DNA of 37,178 bases from a virus, in the IMG/VR virus record IMGVR_UViG_3300000062_000013, positions 1 through 37,178 of that record. One strand, 5' to 3'. A model generated the notes under the pieces. That model made no database searches and was not told the origin of the DNA. It saw only the letters and a program-made list of their open reading frames with translations. Positions 8,819-18,316 of this stretch are shown one piece after another (within the stretch, counting starts at the first letter, position 1; each line of letters starts with the position of its first letter). A program made the position numbers and the translations under genes.

Positions 8819-9637
8819 ATGTCTGGGCTTAACGCTTTTCAATATATGGGCAGTAAATTAAATACGCTGCCTTTCCTGTATCGGAATTTTCCAAAAAATT
8901 ACCAAAAAATGCATTTCGTTGATGTGTTCGGCGGTTCCGGAGTTGTAACATTTAATAAGCCGCTGTCGGCTTTGGAAACCTACAACGATTTAAATTCAAA
9001 TGTGGTTCGCTTCTTTACGATTTTAAGAGAAGATTACGAAACCGCAATAAACGCTATCGGATACACGCCTTTTAATAGGGAAGAATACGATATAGCGGCA
9101 AAAACATTATCGGGGGGGGGCGGTACAGAATTAAGCGATTCAGACTTTGCCCGCTATTGGTATCTGCTTTTTAATGGTTCTTTTAACGGTAGCATTGAAC
9201 AAGGCGGCAGTTTTAAAACAATCATCGACCCGAACGGAGCGAATCCTGCCGTTAATTATTTTAACAAACAAAAGAAGTTAAAAGAAATTTCAAAACGGTT
9301 ATCAGCTGTTCAAATTGAAAATAAACCTTATTCGTATATTTTGCAAAAATACGATAGGGAAAGTACTTTTTTTTATTGCGACCCTCCTTATGTTTTGGAA
9401 ACGCGAACGGATAAAACGATTTATAAAAGATTCGATTTCACCGACAACGACCAAAAGAGATTTTTGAAACAAGTAAAAGCATTATCGGGCAAAGTCATGG
9501 TTTCAAATTATGATAATGATTTATACAACGATTCGTTATTGGATGACGGTTGGAGAAAATTGGCAGATAAAGAAAAAGTTATTGCCAGCTCAAAATTAAG
9601 GCGGTCGCAATCCGAAATAATCTATGTGAATTATTAA
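8819..9637 (+). CDS. DNA N6-adenine methyltransferase, D12 (Dam) class
   Basis: Three motifs fit the Dam/D12 class: N-terminal FQYMGSKLN, the AdoMet motif VDVFGGSGVV, and the catalytic FFYCDPPYV (DPPY). Carries a G9 homopolymer at 9112..9120. Confidence 0.8.
   Translation: MSGLNAFQYMGSKLNTLPFLYRNFPKNYQKMHFVDVFGGSGVVTFNKPLSALETYNDLNSNVVRFFTILREDYETAINAIGYTPFNREEYDIAAKTLSGGGGTELSDSDFARYWYLLFNGSFNGSIEQGGSFKTIIDPNGANPAVNYFNKQKKLKEISKRLSAVQIENKPYSYILQKYDRESTFFYCDPPYVLETRTDKTIYKRFDFTDNDQKRFLKQVKALSGKVMVSNYDNDLYNDSLLDDGWRKLADKEKVIASSKLRRSQSEIIYVNY
9112..9120 (+). repeat. G9 homopolymer inside the methyltransferase gene
   Basis: Reads tcg ggg ggg ggc ggt, encoding SGGGG. It is the longest G run I saw in this AT-rich genome. 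Confidence 0.9.
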
Positions 9638-9729
9638 TGAGGCGTTGCAAGAACTGACCTGTTTTCAATTAAAAAAGGTTTGGTATAGAAAAATATACCA
9701 AACTTAAAAAACGTCCCAAAACTTGAAAT
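9637..9729 (+). repeat. 93-nt element with conserved ends (copy 1)
   Basis: Begins ATGAGGCGTTGCAAGAACTGACCTGTTTT (9637..9665) and ends GTCCCAAAACTTGAAAT (9713..9729). The interior differs from copy 2 and holds the 9678..9703 hairpin. Confidence 0.8.
9678..9703 (-). terminator. Intrinsic terminator for the leftward replication operon
   Basis: GTTTGGTATA-gaaaaa-TATACCAAAC, a 10-bp stem. On the minus strand it is followed by a T6 run (complement of A6 at 9671..9676). Lies about 50 nt past the stop at 9754. Confidence 0.6.
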
Positions 9730-9753
9730 ATCAACGATTTTGAAATATTAATT

Positions 9754-10029
9754 TTATTTATAACCGACTAATTCTTTTTTTAATTGACCGTTAGCGATTT
9801 CTTCAAGTGTTAAATTTGTTTCACATTCTTCGCTATCGTAATTATAAATAAATATTGTCGGTAAAGTTCGCTCATTATCGTTTTCATATTCAAGTTTATT
9901 AAATCGTTTAATTCGGCAATTTGTCATAAAATAGTCAAGTTCGCCGATTTCGTTTATTAATTGAGCTGCCAAATATTCAATGCGGGCAACCCTTTCGCTT
10001 TTTGTTATTTTATAATTCTCTTTTGGCAT
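9754..10029 (-). CDS. Hypothetical protein, last gene of the leftward replication operon
   Basis: ORF track gives 9754..10047. I prefer the second ATG at 10029 (MPKENYK) because GAGGAA lies 7 nt upstream and this avoids overlap with the polymerase stop at 10040. Confidence 0.55.
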   Translation of the reverse strand: MPKENYKITKSERVARIEYLAAQLINEIGELDYFMTNCRIKRFNKLEYENDNERTLPTIFIYNYDSEECETNLTLEEIANGQLKKELVGYK

Positions 10030-10039
10030 ATTGTATTCC

Positions 10040-11914
10040 TCATTCATTTAAAAAATTATCAACCGCAGGCGTTCCAAAATTACTCAATGATGAATTTTTA
10101 AAATCCCGAACATCCCGCTTTTCATGTTTTCTATTTGTTTTGCTTAGTGTTCCCACCGTCTTTTTTGGTTGTTTTAATTCATCTAACATTTTATTAGCTT
10201 CATCAATGTAAAATTTCCGGTCTAACCATTCGGGCGGCTTCATATCGATTATATTTTCATTTATAATTTTAACCATTCGCGGGAGCGTTTGAATTTTTGT
10301 ATGTGTTTTTTGTCCCTCTCGCCCCTTTTTGATTTCTTCATAATCGTTTGAATCTTTTGTGATAAAAACCCTTAAAATTTTATTTGGTAAATGTTCGCCT
10401 GTTCTCATATTTATAAAATAATCATAAGCCCCGATATCTAAAATTCTTTGAAATAGTCTTAAATCTGTACAGCTGTTAATGGTTTCTTCAATCGGGATTC
10501 CATTAATAATATATTCATAAACGCTCTCGCTAATGATTTTTTGTTCGCAATCTAATTTTTTTGGCGCTTTATAAATTCCCTTGCGTTTGATTTTTCCGTT
10601 TTCATTCCAAATATAGTTATTAACATCTCTTTGATAACATTCGATAACGGGCGAATTTGTTAATTTAAAACCCGTTCGTTCTTCCCATTCTCTGCATGCT
10701 GATTCTATTTTTTCAATATCGGCAGCGGTATATGGTTTAATCGCTATTCCGTCCGTATTTATATTTATGAGTTCGCCAAAATCTTCAATTTTTTCAATTA
10801 AATCCAAAATGAACAGCTGACCCAAAACACAAATGCGGCGACCCTGCCGCCTATCTGTTAAATTTGAACCCTCGAAAATAAAGGCGCCGTATGTCGAATT
10901 TAAAACGATTTTAAGCGGATATTCCAATGGGTGTTTTTGAATTTTATATCCTACTCGCCTGCTTATGATTTCGCGATATAAAATTAATCCTTCATCATCG
11001 ACAGACCGCGAAAACGCGTATCGGGTGGCGATTTCTGGGTAATATGTCGTAGCGTCCATATCCATTATCGCCATGTCATCGTCATTCGCTTTTTTCCAAT
11101 AATACGGTTTTTCCAAAGAATGAGCGCCGCCCCATGCGACATTAAATATTAAATTCTGAATCCTAATCGCTAGCGAGGGATTAGTATATTTGCCGTTAGG
11201 GTTTAAATAAGGGTGTGATTTTTGCGATAAAAACCATTCCGGGACCTGTTTATATTTTTCTATTTTCAAGTTCGGCGGCAGTTCGATATTATATTCATCG
11301 TCCGCGTCAAATTCTTGTTTTTTCGCTTTTAAAATTTTTGCCGTTAATTGAGCTTTTGTTTTTCCGTAATCGGCAAAATCTAAATCAAATTCTTCAATTA
11401 ATAAACCGTGTGCGTCAAAGTCATATTTTAATTCATCGAATACCATTCTTAAATTTTCAATATCGGCAAAACAATAATTAATAAATTCTTTTAAATCGTT
11501 ATCGGATAATACACCTTCAAAATCAAATGATATATTACTTTCATGAATAGCTACGCCTGCTGACGCTTCCAATCGTTTTAATTTTTTTGGTGGTGTCGGC
11601 ATTGCGTCATAAAAATTTAAATCGGGTGTATCAATCCCTTGAAAAATAGTCCACCCCTTACGCTTTTCTTTAATGATTGCATCCGATACTGATTTCGGCG
11701 ATAGTCCTGCCTGTAACGCTTTTAAAATCCATTGGTCATATTCGCGGATATTATAACCAATAAAAAGATATTCCCGATATTGATTTAAAAATTTCATTAA
11801 TCCTTTACGGTCATTATGGAAATGCACGCGTTCGCCTGTTTCTGAAAATATAAAACACGCCAGCCAATGACGTTTTAAAACTTCCGTATCTACAAAAATC
11901 AAAGTCGGATTCAT
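10040..11914 (-). CDS. Family-B DNA polymerase with 3'-5' exonuclease domain
   Basis: Exonuclease motifs: Exo I FVDTEV, Exo II YNIREYDQWIL, Exo III YCFADIENL. Polymerase motifs: A-like DMDATTYYPEIA, B KIVLNSTYGAF (KxxxNSxYG), C ININTDGIAI (DTD-like). Confidence 0.8.
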   Translation of the reverse strand: MNPTLIFVDTEVLKRHWLACFIFSETGERVHFHNDRKGLMKFLNQYREYLFIGYNIREYDQWILKALQAGLSPKSVSDAIIKEKRKGWTIFQGIDTPDLNFYDAMPTPPKKLKRLEASAGVAIHESNISFDFEGVLSDNDLKEFINYCFADIENLRMVFDELKYDFDAHGLLIEEFDLDFADYGKTKAQLTAKILKAKKQEFDADDEYNIELPPNLKIEKYKQVPEWFLSQKSHPYLNPNGKYTNPSLAIRIQNLIFNVAWGGAHSLEKPYYWKKANDDDMAIMDMDATTYYPEIATRYAFSRSVDDEGLILYREIISRRVGYKIQKHPLEYPLKIVLNSTYGAFIFEGSNLTDRRQGRRICVLGQLFILDLIEKIEDFGELININTDGIAIKPYTAADIEKIESACREWEERTGFKLTNSPVIECYQRDVNNYIWNENGKIKRKGIYKAPKKLDCEQKIISESVYEYIINGIPIEETINSCTDLRLFQRILDIGAYDYFINMRTGEHLPNKILRVFITKDSNDYEEIKKGREGQKTHTKIQTLPRMVKIINENIIDMKPPEWLDRKFYIDEANKMLDELKQPKKTVGTLSKTNRKHEKRDVRDFKNSSLSNFGTPAVDNFLNE

Positions 11915-11938
11915 TAATTATCCCTCAAAAAAGTAAAA

Positions 11939-11967
11939 AATAAGCCGTTTATTATAAACGGCTTATT
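11939..11967 (-). terminator. Palindrome copy P3 extended to a 29-bp palindrome (AATAAGCCGTTTATTATAAACGGCTTATT); terminator/attenuator-like on the minus strand
   Basis: Core at 11945..11961. On the minus strand it is followed by TTTTTTACTTTTTT. Lies between the DUF669-like stop (11963) and the polymerase start (11914). Confidence 0.6.
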
Positions 11968-12601
11968 CTGTGAAAATTTGTTTTTCAAGTTCAGCAATGT
12001 CGCTTAATTGCTTTTCAGCAAGCCCATAAGCATAAATGTTTGAATAAATATCGCCGGTCTTTTCGTTCTCGGTTTCAGTCTTTTCAATCAAATACATAAC
12101 GCCGTATGTGTATTCTTTGGTTTTTTTGTCTTTGAATGTTGAAAAAGCGTCATTGAGAGCAATACAATCTTCATCAATGTTATCAACACCGGCAAAATTA
12201 AATCCCTTGGTACGGATAAATTCAGCTTTATTTTGAGCTGCCCAAAAACTCGGTATCAGGCGGTTCAAATTGTAATAAAACATTTGAATGTTTTTCTTTA
12301 TACGTTTTTTATCATCATCGTTATCTTCCGATAGCTTTTTATCATAAATCGTATAAAGTTGATTATCAAGCTTACCATAAAATAAACCGTCGCCGCTTAC
12401 GCTTTGCTGAATCTGCCAAACAATTTTAGCATAAATATTGCCTTTCGTTTTTTCGCTTTGGCTTTCAAAAGTTTTCACTTCAAAAAGCGTAGCAACATAT
12501 TGGTCCGGTGGCAACGGCTCATTAAATAAATCGAATCCGTTGCGTTTGTCGTTGTAATTGTCCCAATCGTTGATTTCATCATTTAAATTTTCGTATGTCA
12601 T
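11963..12601 (-). CDS. DUF669-like protein (tentative), replication/recombination module
   Basis: 212-aa ORF next to the ERF gene. The LPPDQYVATLFEVKTFESQSEKTKGNIYAKIVWQI pattern resembles DUF669 as I recall it. Not verified. Confidence 0.5.
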   Translation of the reverse strand: MTYENLNDEINDWDNYNDKRNGFDLFNEPLPPDQYVATLFEVKTFESQSEKTKGNIYAKIVWQIQQSVSGDGLFYGKLDNQLYTIYDKKLSEDNDDDKKRIKKNIQMFYYNLNRLIPSFWAAQNKAEFIRTKGFNFAGVDNIDEDCIALNDAFSTFKDKKTKEYTYGVMYLIEKTETENEKTGDIYSNIYAYGLAEKQLSDIAELEKQIFTE

Positions 12602-12606
12602 TTAAA

Positions 12607-12819
12607 TTACTCCTCTTGCTTTTTATTTTTGATTTTCCATGCTTTTAAAAGACGGCTGTCAATATCGCTTTCGGGAATAGACCATTTTTCAGAAAATTCC
12701 GGCTTAAAAGCGTTAGGGAAAGCCCCTTTTTTGATAAGTCGATAAATCCATATCGGCTGATTGTTGTAAATTTCTGCTACTGTTTTTACATCATATAAAA
12801 TTTCAGAATCGGCAGACAT
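12607..12819 (-). CDS. Excisionase-type helix-turn-helix DNA-binding protein
   Basis: 70-aa ORF with a TAATG overlap onto the ERF stop. VKTVAEIYNNQPIWIYRLIKKGAFPNAF ... WSIPESDI fits the HTH_17 pattern. Confidence 0.5.
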   Translation of the reverse strand: MSADSEILYDVKTVAEIYNNQPIWIYRLIKKGAFPNAFKPEFSEKWSIPESDIDSRLLKAWKIKNKKQEE

Positions 12820-13682
12820 TAATCATTTCTCCTTCTCGGCGGCTTAGGTGCTGCCGTTTTCGATTCTTCCGCTGTGGGTTCAGCTGTCGGCATTTTTAAT
12901 TCCGTGCCTTGGTCCGGTGCTTTTGATTCTTCTGGCGCATATTGTTCTTCGCTGTAAGATTCAATGCCGGCAGGTGTAGCTGTTGCGGTTCTTCTTGGTG
13001 TTGCCTTTGGCTTTTCGGTGTCGGATTGTCGGATTACGTCAGGCGTTGATTTGGGAACATCTGACGGCTTTTTTTCTTCCGGTGTAGGTTTAACTGGCTC
13101 GGATTGTTCGGGTTTGTCCTGGGTCGTTGGTGCAACGTTTGAATCATTTTGGATATCATCATTATCTTTCAAATTCAATTTCGCATCTTTATCTTCCGCG
13201 ACCAATCCCAAAATAGATAAAACGCCGTAGCGGCGAGCGTATGAAACAGCCGCGCCATAATCCTGTGGGGTGTATTCTTCAAAAATAACAAAGTCTTCCA
13301 TAACGGGTTTTCCTTTGTCATCTCGGATAAATTTATCGTTTTCATCTCGTAACGCTTTTGATTTTGTACGGACCGTTTTATTTAACGGAATCGTCATCAT
13401 GCATTCCATCCATTGCCCTGTTTCAGCGTGTATGATTAATGTAGAAACGGCAGCGGTGGACTTATCGCTTCTAAATTCGCCATTATCGCCGCCAAAAGTG
13501 AGCAGTAAACCGTTTTTAATTAAATGCGGTTTAACAAAATCAAGCACGGCTTCAAGGTTTGCATAATAATAATTGTATCCTTTCGCTCCCTTGCTTAGGA
13601 TTTCGGGGCTTTCATGGATACTTTTCTGTACTTCCAATAGCGATTTGTATAATTCGGTATTTTCCATTTTTCCCATTTTCAT
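12819..13682 (-). CDS. ERF-family single-strand annealing protein
   Basis: YYYANLEAVLDFVKPHLIKNGLLL and AVSYARRYGVLSILGL are ERF signatures. The C-terminal tail is Pro/Glu/Lys-rich and low complexity. I chose the start at 13682 (MKMGKM), which has AAGGAG 10 nt upstream; the track start is 13745. Confidence 0.75.
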   Translation of the reverse strand: MKMGKMENTELYKSLLEVQKSIHESPEILSKGAKGYNYYYANLEAVLDFVKPHLIKNGLLLTFGGDNGEFRSDKSTAAVSTLIIHAETGQWMECMMTIPLNKTVRTKSKALRDENDKFIRDDKGKPVMEDFVIFEEYTPQDYGAAVSYARRYGVLSILGLVAEDKDAKLNLKDNDDIQNDSNVAPTTQDKPEQSEPVKPTPEEKKPSDVPKSTPDVIRQSDTEKPKATPRRTATATPAGIESYSEEQYAPEESKAPDQGTELKMPTAEPTAEESKTAAPKPPRRRND

Positions 13683-13737
13683 ATCGGGGTATCTCCTTAA
13701 AATTCTTTTTTCATTTGTCGTATTCAAAATAAAATTT

Positions 13738-13754
13738 GGGGGCATAAATCCCCC
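13738..13754 (-). terminator. Short GC hairpin after the ParB-like gene (possible attenuator)
   Basis: GGGGG-cataaat-CCCCC abuts the TGA at 13755..13757. On the minus strand it is followed by AAATTTTATTTT. Confidence 0.35.
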
Positions 13755-14981
13755 TCATTTCTTCTTTGCCGCTTTCGCTTTTTCTTCGGCTTGCAACTTT
13801 TCGTAAAGTTTGGAATCGTGAACGAATGACATATAATAAGGCTGAGAATTGAACCATTCAATAGATTCTTTTACAACCTCGGCGGATGTTCTGCCGTCTG
13901 TTTTCGCTGTGTCAAAGTCGCTGGCAAGTGTTTCGACGATTTGCCCAAAAATTGTCATAAGTGAAGTATCGGATTCATTTTCCATAGCGGGAGAATCAAG
14001 CCAAAGTTCGGTAAGTCCCATAAGGACCTGGGCAAACTGATTTGCTTTTAATCCTTTTTCGACAGGTTCCGGAGCTTCTGCTTCTTCTTCATCGTCATCA
14101 ATTTCTTGGTTTGTCGCTGTTTCTTTGCCTTTTTCTTCGGCTTTTTTAATCATGGCTTCCATTTTCTTTACCAAATCGTCATCGGAAGCGCCTTTTAAGG
14201 ATTCTTCCCGAATCATGGTAATAACGGCGGTGGGCGTAATCTTTCCTTCAATGACTTTGCTTTTTACATCTTCGGGAGCCGTTGCCAATTTAATAGCGTC
14301 AGAAATATAGGTGTGGCTCTTACCGATTTTTTTGGAAAGCGTCATTACTGTAAATGTTTTTTCAATGTTGATTAAACGATTCCAAGCGTCGCCCAATTCC
14401 ATTTTCGTAAGCGGCTTGGAGTGTCCGCCGGTAATCATCATTTCAAAAAAGCGGTCGGTCCATGTTGTTTTTTCTTCTCGGATAATGATTTCAACAGATT
14501 CAATATTTGCGCCTGCGTCTGCATTTTCCGCTCTTCGTTTGTTCAAAAATGAAACGGCTTTTAAACGGCGGTGCCCGTCAATTAAAACGAGTTTGTTAAA
14601 AAGCGGTTTTGTGGTGTCGGTTTCCAAAAATACCGTAATCGGCTGATAAATTCCGTTTTCTTTGATACTGTCGCAAAGTTCAAAGAATGTTCCGTCATGT
14701 TCGCCGTAATCGATTCTTGCATTGAAACCGTCTTCGACAAATAAATCGGTAACAGGCACATTCATAACTTGATTATAGGCAATTTCGTATGCCGGAGGTT
14801 CATTTGCTGAAAAGTCTTGGACGGATTCAGCGGCTTCTGTTTTGGGTTTGGTTGTTGCTTTTGTTTTGGGGGTTGCCTTTTTGGTTTCGGTCGCCGCTGT
14901 TTCTGGGACCTCCAATTCGGTGCCGGCTGTTGTGGGTGTGGTTGTTTCTTCGGTGGGTTTATTCTTTTTTACGGGTGGCAT
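13755..14981 (-). CDS. ParB N-terminal-domain (ParB/Srx-like) protein
   Basis: LVLIDGHRRLKAV matches the ParB/sulfiredoxin box. The N-terminus is Thr/Lys/Pro-rich and low complexity. No ParA partner is present in the genome. Confidence 0.65.
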   Translation of the reverse strand: MPPVKKNKPTEETTTPTTAGTELEVPETAATETKKATPKTKATTKPKTEAAESVQDFSANEPPAYEIAYNQVMNVPVTDLFVEDGFNARIDYGEHDGTFFELCDSIKENGIYQPITVFLETDTTKPLFNKLVLIDGHRRLKAVSFLNKRRAENADAGANIESVEIIIREEKTTWTDRFFEMMITGGHSKPLTKMELGDAWNRLINIEKTFTVMTLSKKIGKSHTYISDAIKLATAPEDVKSKVIEGKITPTAVITMIREESLKGASDDDLVKKMEAMIKKAEEKGKETATNQEIDDDEEEAEAPEPVEKGLKANQFAQVLMGLTELWLDSPAMENESDTSLMTIFGQIVETLASDFDTAKTDGRTSAEVVKESIEWFNSQPYYMSFVHDSKLYEKLQAEEKAKAAKKK

Positions 14982-15055
14982 TTATTTGTATCTCCTATTA
15001 TCGATTTTAATTTGATTGTCTTAATTTTAGTTTTAAGACATGATTATAAAATACA

Positions 15056-15086
15056 TTTAAACTATATAAAGTTTATCGAATGTCAA
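15056..15086. promoter_or_regulatory. AT-rich border motif, copy B; candidate leftward promoter for the ParB-like gene
   Basis: TTTAAACTATATAAAGTTTATCGAATGTCAA. On the minus strand this gives a perfect TTGACA (15081..15086), with TAGTTT/TATAGT candidates 14-16 nt downstream. Confidence 0.4.
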
Positions 15087-15116
15087 TAAATTACGATTTT
15101 ATCATATAAAATCAAT

Positions 15117-15133
15117 CCGTTTATAATAAACGG
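15117..15133. repeat. Palindrome copy P4, CCGTTTATAATAAACGG
   Basis: Overlaps the VRR-NUC stop codon (protein ends SRLL*). Confidence 0.95.
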
Positions 15134-15468
15134 CTGTCAATGTTGCGCGGGCGATTGATATCTTTTTTCATCATTTCATAATCTTTTTCAAATTCAATTT
15201 TAAAAGCGGCTAGCGTTGCCTCATTTACGGAATAAGTAAATGCAAAAGCGTGCTTCCATAACGCTAATTTTTTGGATTGCAATTTAGTCGGTTCTTCCGT
15301 TCCTTTTTTTACTTCAATTGCCAAAAAATTACCTAGCATTGAACCGATTATATCGGGTTCGCCGCGTCGCGAATATTGCGACATGGAATTGAATTTAACG
15401 GCACGGCAGCGCGGAAACGCATTTAAAAATTTTAAAATTTCCGTTTGTATTTCCTGTTCTTTTCTCAT
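15121..15468 (-). CDS. VRR-NUC domain nuclease (PD-(D/E)xK)
   Basis: GEPDIIGSMLGNFLAIEVKKG carries the D...E-x-K catalytic signature of VRR-NUC. The size (115 aa) is typical. Confidence 0.7.
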   Translation of the reverse strand: MRKEQEIQTEILKFLNAFPRCRAVKFNSMSQYSRRGEPDIIGSMLGNFLAIEVKKGTEEPTKLQSKKLALWKHAFAFTYSVNEATLAAFKIEFEKDYEMMKKDINRPRNIDSRLL

Positions 15469-15596
15469 CGTTTCGCCTGATAATGTTTATAATGTTTTAA
15501 GCCATTTTTTCTTACTGTTAAAGGTGTTCGCCTGCGAGCGAAAATTAAATAATTCCCGAATTTTAATAATAAGGGAAAATCATTTTTTTGAATCAT

Positions 15597-16061
15597 TTAA
15601 GCCGCCTCCGGCTTCCGTTTTTCTTTGGTTTGATTTTCTTTTTTGGAAATGAATTGACAATTTGACGGCTCATAATTTCCGTATGGGTTGATTCTATCTA
15701 ATTGTAAATCGGTATTAGCAGCGTCATACCCCCCAAATTCTTCTGCCCATTTCCAAAAAGGGATAAAATCATAACGCCATTCATCGCAAACCTTTATGCC
15801 CTTTGCTCCGTATATCGCATAGTTTTGCTTGTCGCCTGGGTTGTGGCAACGTTGTTTTATGTGTTTCCAAATGGAATAAAGGCGCGTTCCGCTTTGCCCA
15901 TGTGTTCGGGCTTTGGAATCGCAACATTTACGGCAAATAATATTTAAATCGCCATTGGGATAACGATTTTGCCAATATTTGCGTTTAACGTGCCTATCTG
16001 TTTCACATTGCGGGCAATATAATTTAATAAAAATATTTTCCTCTGCTGTTGATTTAGTCAT
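15597..16061 (-). CDS. HNH-type homing-endonuclease-like protein
   Basis: N-terminal Cys pairs (CPQC, CRKC). RLYSIWKHIKQRCHNPGDKQNYAIYGAKGIKVCDEW and LQLDRINPYGNYEPSNCQFISKKEN match the phage HNH-like family with that conserved block. Confidence 0.6.
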   Translation of the reverse strand: MTKSTAEENIFIKLYCPQCETDRHVKRKYWQNRYPNGDLNIICRKCCDSKARTHGQSGTRLYSIWKHIKQRCHNPGDKQNYAIYGAKGIKVCDEWRYDFIPFWKWAEEFGGYDAANTDLQLDRINPYGNYEPSNCQFISKKENQTKEKRKPEAA

Positions 16062-16077
16062 TTAAATTAGCTCCTAT

Positions 16078-16094
16078 CCGTTTATTATAAACGG
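16078..16094. repeat. Palindrome copy P5, CCGTTTATTATAAACGG
   Basis: Lies between the SNF2 stop (16100) and the HNH start (16061). Confidence 0.95.
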
Positions 16095-16099
16095 CGTAA

Positions 16100-17383
16100 T
16101 TAAACAGATTCGCTTGCTATGTATTTTTTATACATATCGTCATTAAAATCTTTTCCATTATCTAACGCCGCTTTTATAGCGCCGTCTATGGAATTTTCAC
16201 ATTCCAAAAGATAATAAAAACAGGTTCGTTGCTGTCCGATTCTGTGCGTGCGTCCAAAGCTTTGGTCGTAAAGTTCAAAAGAATCCGTCAATTCAAAATA
16301 AACGGTATGCCGTGCTTGATATAAATCTAAACCTCTTGCGCCTGCTTGATATTGTACAAAGATTATGCCGTTCTCGTTTTCATCGAATTTTTGACGCGTT
16401 TTTATTTGTCCGTTAATTATCGATGTCGGGCGATTCAATGATTTTAAAGCGTCTGCCATACGCATAAAGCTTTCATGATATTGATAAAAAATAACTATGC
16501 GGTCCTCTGTCGATTCTACTAAATCAGCAAGGGCAGACAGTTTATTTTTATTGTATGAACTTGTTAAATGGCGTTCGCCGTGTCGCTGCGCCATAATTGT
16601 ATCGCCCATAATTTCAATTTCATCTTTGCCGCTTTTGATTGTAATAATTTTATCTTTTTTAAATTGTTTATATTCCGGTATCGGCGGCACCGTTATTATT
16701 TGGAGAGCTTCCACAGGCGGTATATTTTCAAGTTCAGGCGACATTAAAAGCGCGTCATCATAAGACATTGTAATTTGCCCTAAGTTGCGGAATAGCGATT
16801 TTAATTCATCAATATTTTGATAGCCTACAATTTTCTGAAACGGGCGACTTAATTTTCCGCCAAAAGATTCTAATGTCCATTTGCAATATTTATTCATAAA
16901 ATCTTTTTTCGTTATCGGATGACCTAATAAAATTAAATGGCTTATCGATTCTTCCCATTTATTAAACGGTGTGCCGCTCAATAAAATTTTATATTTCGGC
17001 AGCAGGTTTAATACAAATTTTGTGCGTTTGGCTGACATCGTTTTTATCATTTGTGATTCATCGACAATTAAAATAAATTCATTATCGGGAAACATTTTTT
17101 TTAATTGTGTTTCGCGGCGTGGTGCTGTATCAATCGACATTACCAAAAAAGAAATCGAATAAAGGCGACATTTTTGCCGCCAATCTTCAATTTTGGATGC
17201 TTGACATAAAACCAAAACTTTCAAATTCGGTTCTGCCGTTGTCAATTTTTCAGCACGGGTTAAACTGATATCTGTTTTGCCTAATCCGAGCCCGACTGTA
17301 TAAAGATTATTTCGGTAGCGGTCGCCTTCTTCTACTAACTGTTTTTGATGATTATACAAACTGACCCTTGCTAGCGTTTTCAT
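16100..17383 (-). CDS. SNF2/DEAD-like superfamily-2 helicase
   Basis: Motif I GLGLGKT, motif II LIVDESQ, motif III LLSGTP, and motif VI QSFGRTHRIGQ. Confidence 0.8.
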   Translation of the reverse strand: MKTLARVSLYNHQKQLVEEGDRYRNNLYTVGLGLGKTDISLTRAEKLTTAEPNLKVLVLCQASKIEDWRQKCRLYSISFLVMSIDTAPRRETQLKKMFPDNEFILIVDESQMIKTMSAKRTKFVLNLLPKYKILLSGTPFNKWEESISHLILLGHPITKKDFMNKYCKWTLESFGGKLSRPFQKIVGYQNIDELKSLFRNLGQITMSYDDALLMSPELENIPPVEALQIITVPPIPEYKQFKKDKIITIKSGKDEIEIMGDTIMAQRHGERHLTSSYNKNKLSALADLVESTEDRIVIFYQYHESFMRMADALKSLNRPTSIINGQIKTRQKFDENENGIIFVQYQAGARGLDLYQARHTVYFELTDSFELYDQSFGRTHRIGQQRTCFYYLLECENSIDGAIKAALDNGKDFNDDMYKKYIASESV

Positions 17384-17405
17384 TTTAACCCTCTCGCTGT
17401 CGGTA

Positions 17406-18314
17406 TTAAATTTTGTTTGTAAAATCTTTGCAGCTGATACCGTATTTTACAGCGAGGCAATCAATTGATATTTTTTCGTTAGCAGTCAATGACCCAAATT
17501 CTTTTGTTGCCATTTTGTAAATAAAATCGCATTCATTTCTTGGATAAACCGCTTCCGGCAACATGAATTTTTGGTACAGCATATTTAATAATTTAAAATA
17601 ATGTGCTGTTTCAGAATTTGGCTGTAAAATCCGATTGCAGCGGTACTCTTTTTCTTGCACATTTTTAATCATGCCGTCAGCAATCGTTTTTTTAGCTCTT
17701 TCGTAACATTCATTTGCTTGTTTTGCAATCGGGTCTTCTGATTCGTTTTCTTCTCCAAGAATAACGACAAAGAAACCGTCTGTATCGGATTTTATCGGTT
17801 TTTCGGTTATCATTGTTTTTACAGAATGTCCATATTCTACATTCTTTTTCCATTTTCGGAGTTGCTCGCATTCGTTTGTAAGATTTTTGTAATAGTCTTC
17901 CAAATCTTTATTTTGAGATTTTAAAACGCGGTTGTCATCTTCCAATTTTTCAATTTTTTCCGACATTGAAAGATATTTACTATTGAGTGATTTTTTTAAA
18001 TCAAACAATTCATCATACTCATTTGATTTTTTTTCTAACTGATATTTTAAATTTTCGTATTCAACGGACCGTTTTTCAATCAAGGCGTTTTGTTCGTTCA
18101 GTCGCCCGCGTACGCTGTCGCACGTTTTGCGAGTTTCGCGAAGTTTAACCGACAGCATTAAATTATCATCAGCGAGCGCTTTATTTTTAATGCGCATTTC
18201 ATTGTATTTCATTTGCAGGGCTGACGCTTTCGTTTTTTGGTCGTCAAGTTCTTTTTTCAAGTCTGCCGCATACTTTTCTTTTTGTTTCATGGTTTCTAAA
18301 AGTCCATTGCTCAT
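17406..18314 (-). CDS. Coiled-coil hypothetical protein
   Basis: 302-aa ORF with AGGAGA SD. The N-terminal two-thirds is heptad-like and K/E/L-rich. Confidence 0.6.
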   Translation of the reverse strand: MSNGLLETMKQKEKYAADLKKELDDQKTKASALQMKYNEMRIKNKALADDNLMLSVKLRETRKTCDSVRGRLNEQNALIEKRSVEYENLKYQLEKKSNEYDELFDLKKSLNSKYLSMSEKIEKLEDDNRVLKSQNKDLEDYYKNLTNECEQLRKWKKNVEYGHSVKTMITEKPIKSDTDGFFVVILGEENESEDPIAKQANECYERAKKTIADGMIKNVQEKEYRCNRILQPNSETAHYFKLLNMLYQKFMLPEAVYPRNECDFIYKMATKEFGSLTANEKISIDCLAVKYGISCKDFTNKI

Positions 18315-18316
18315 GT

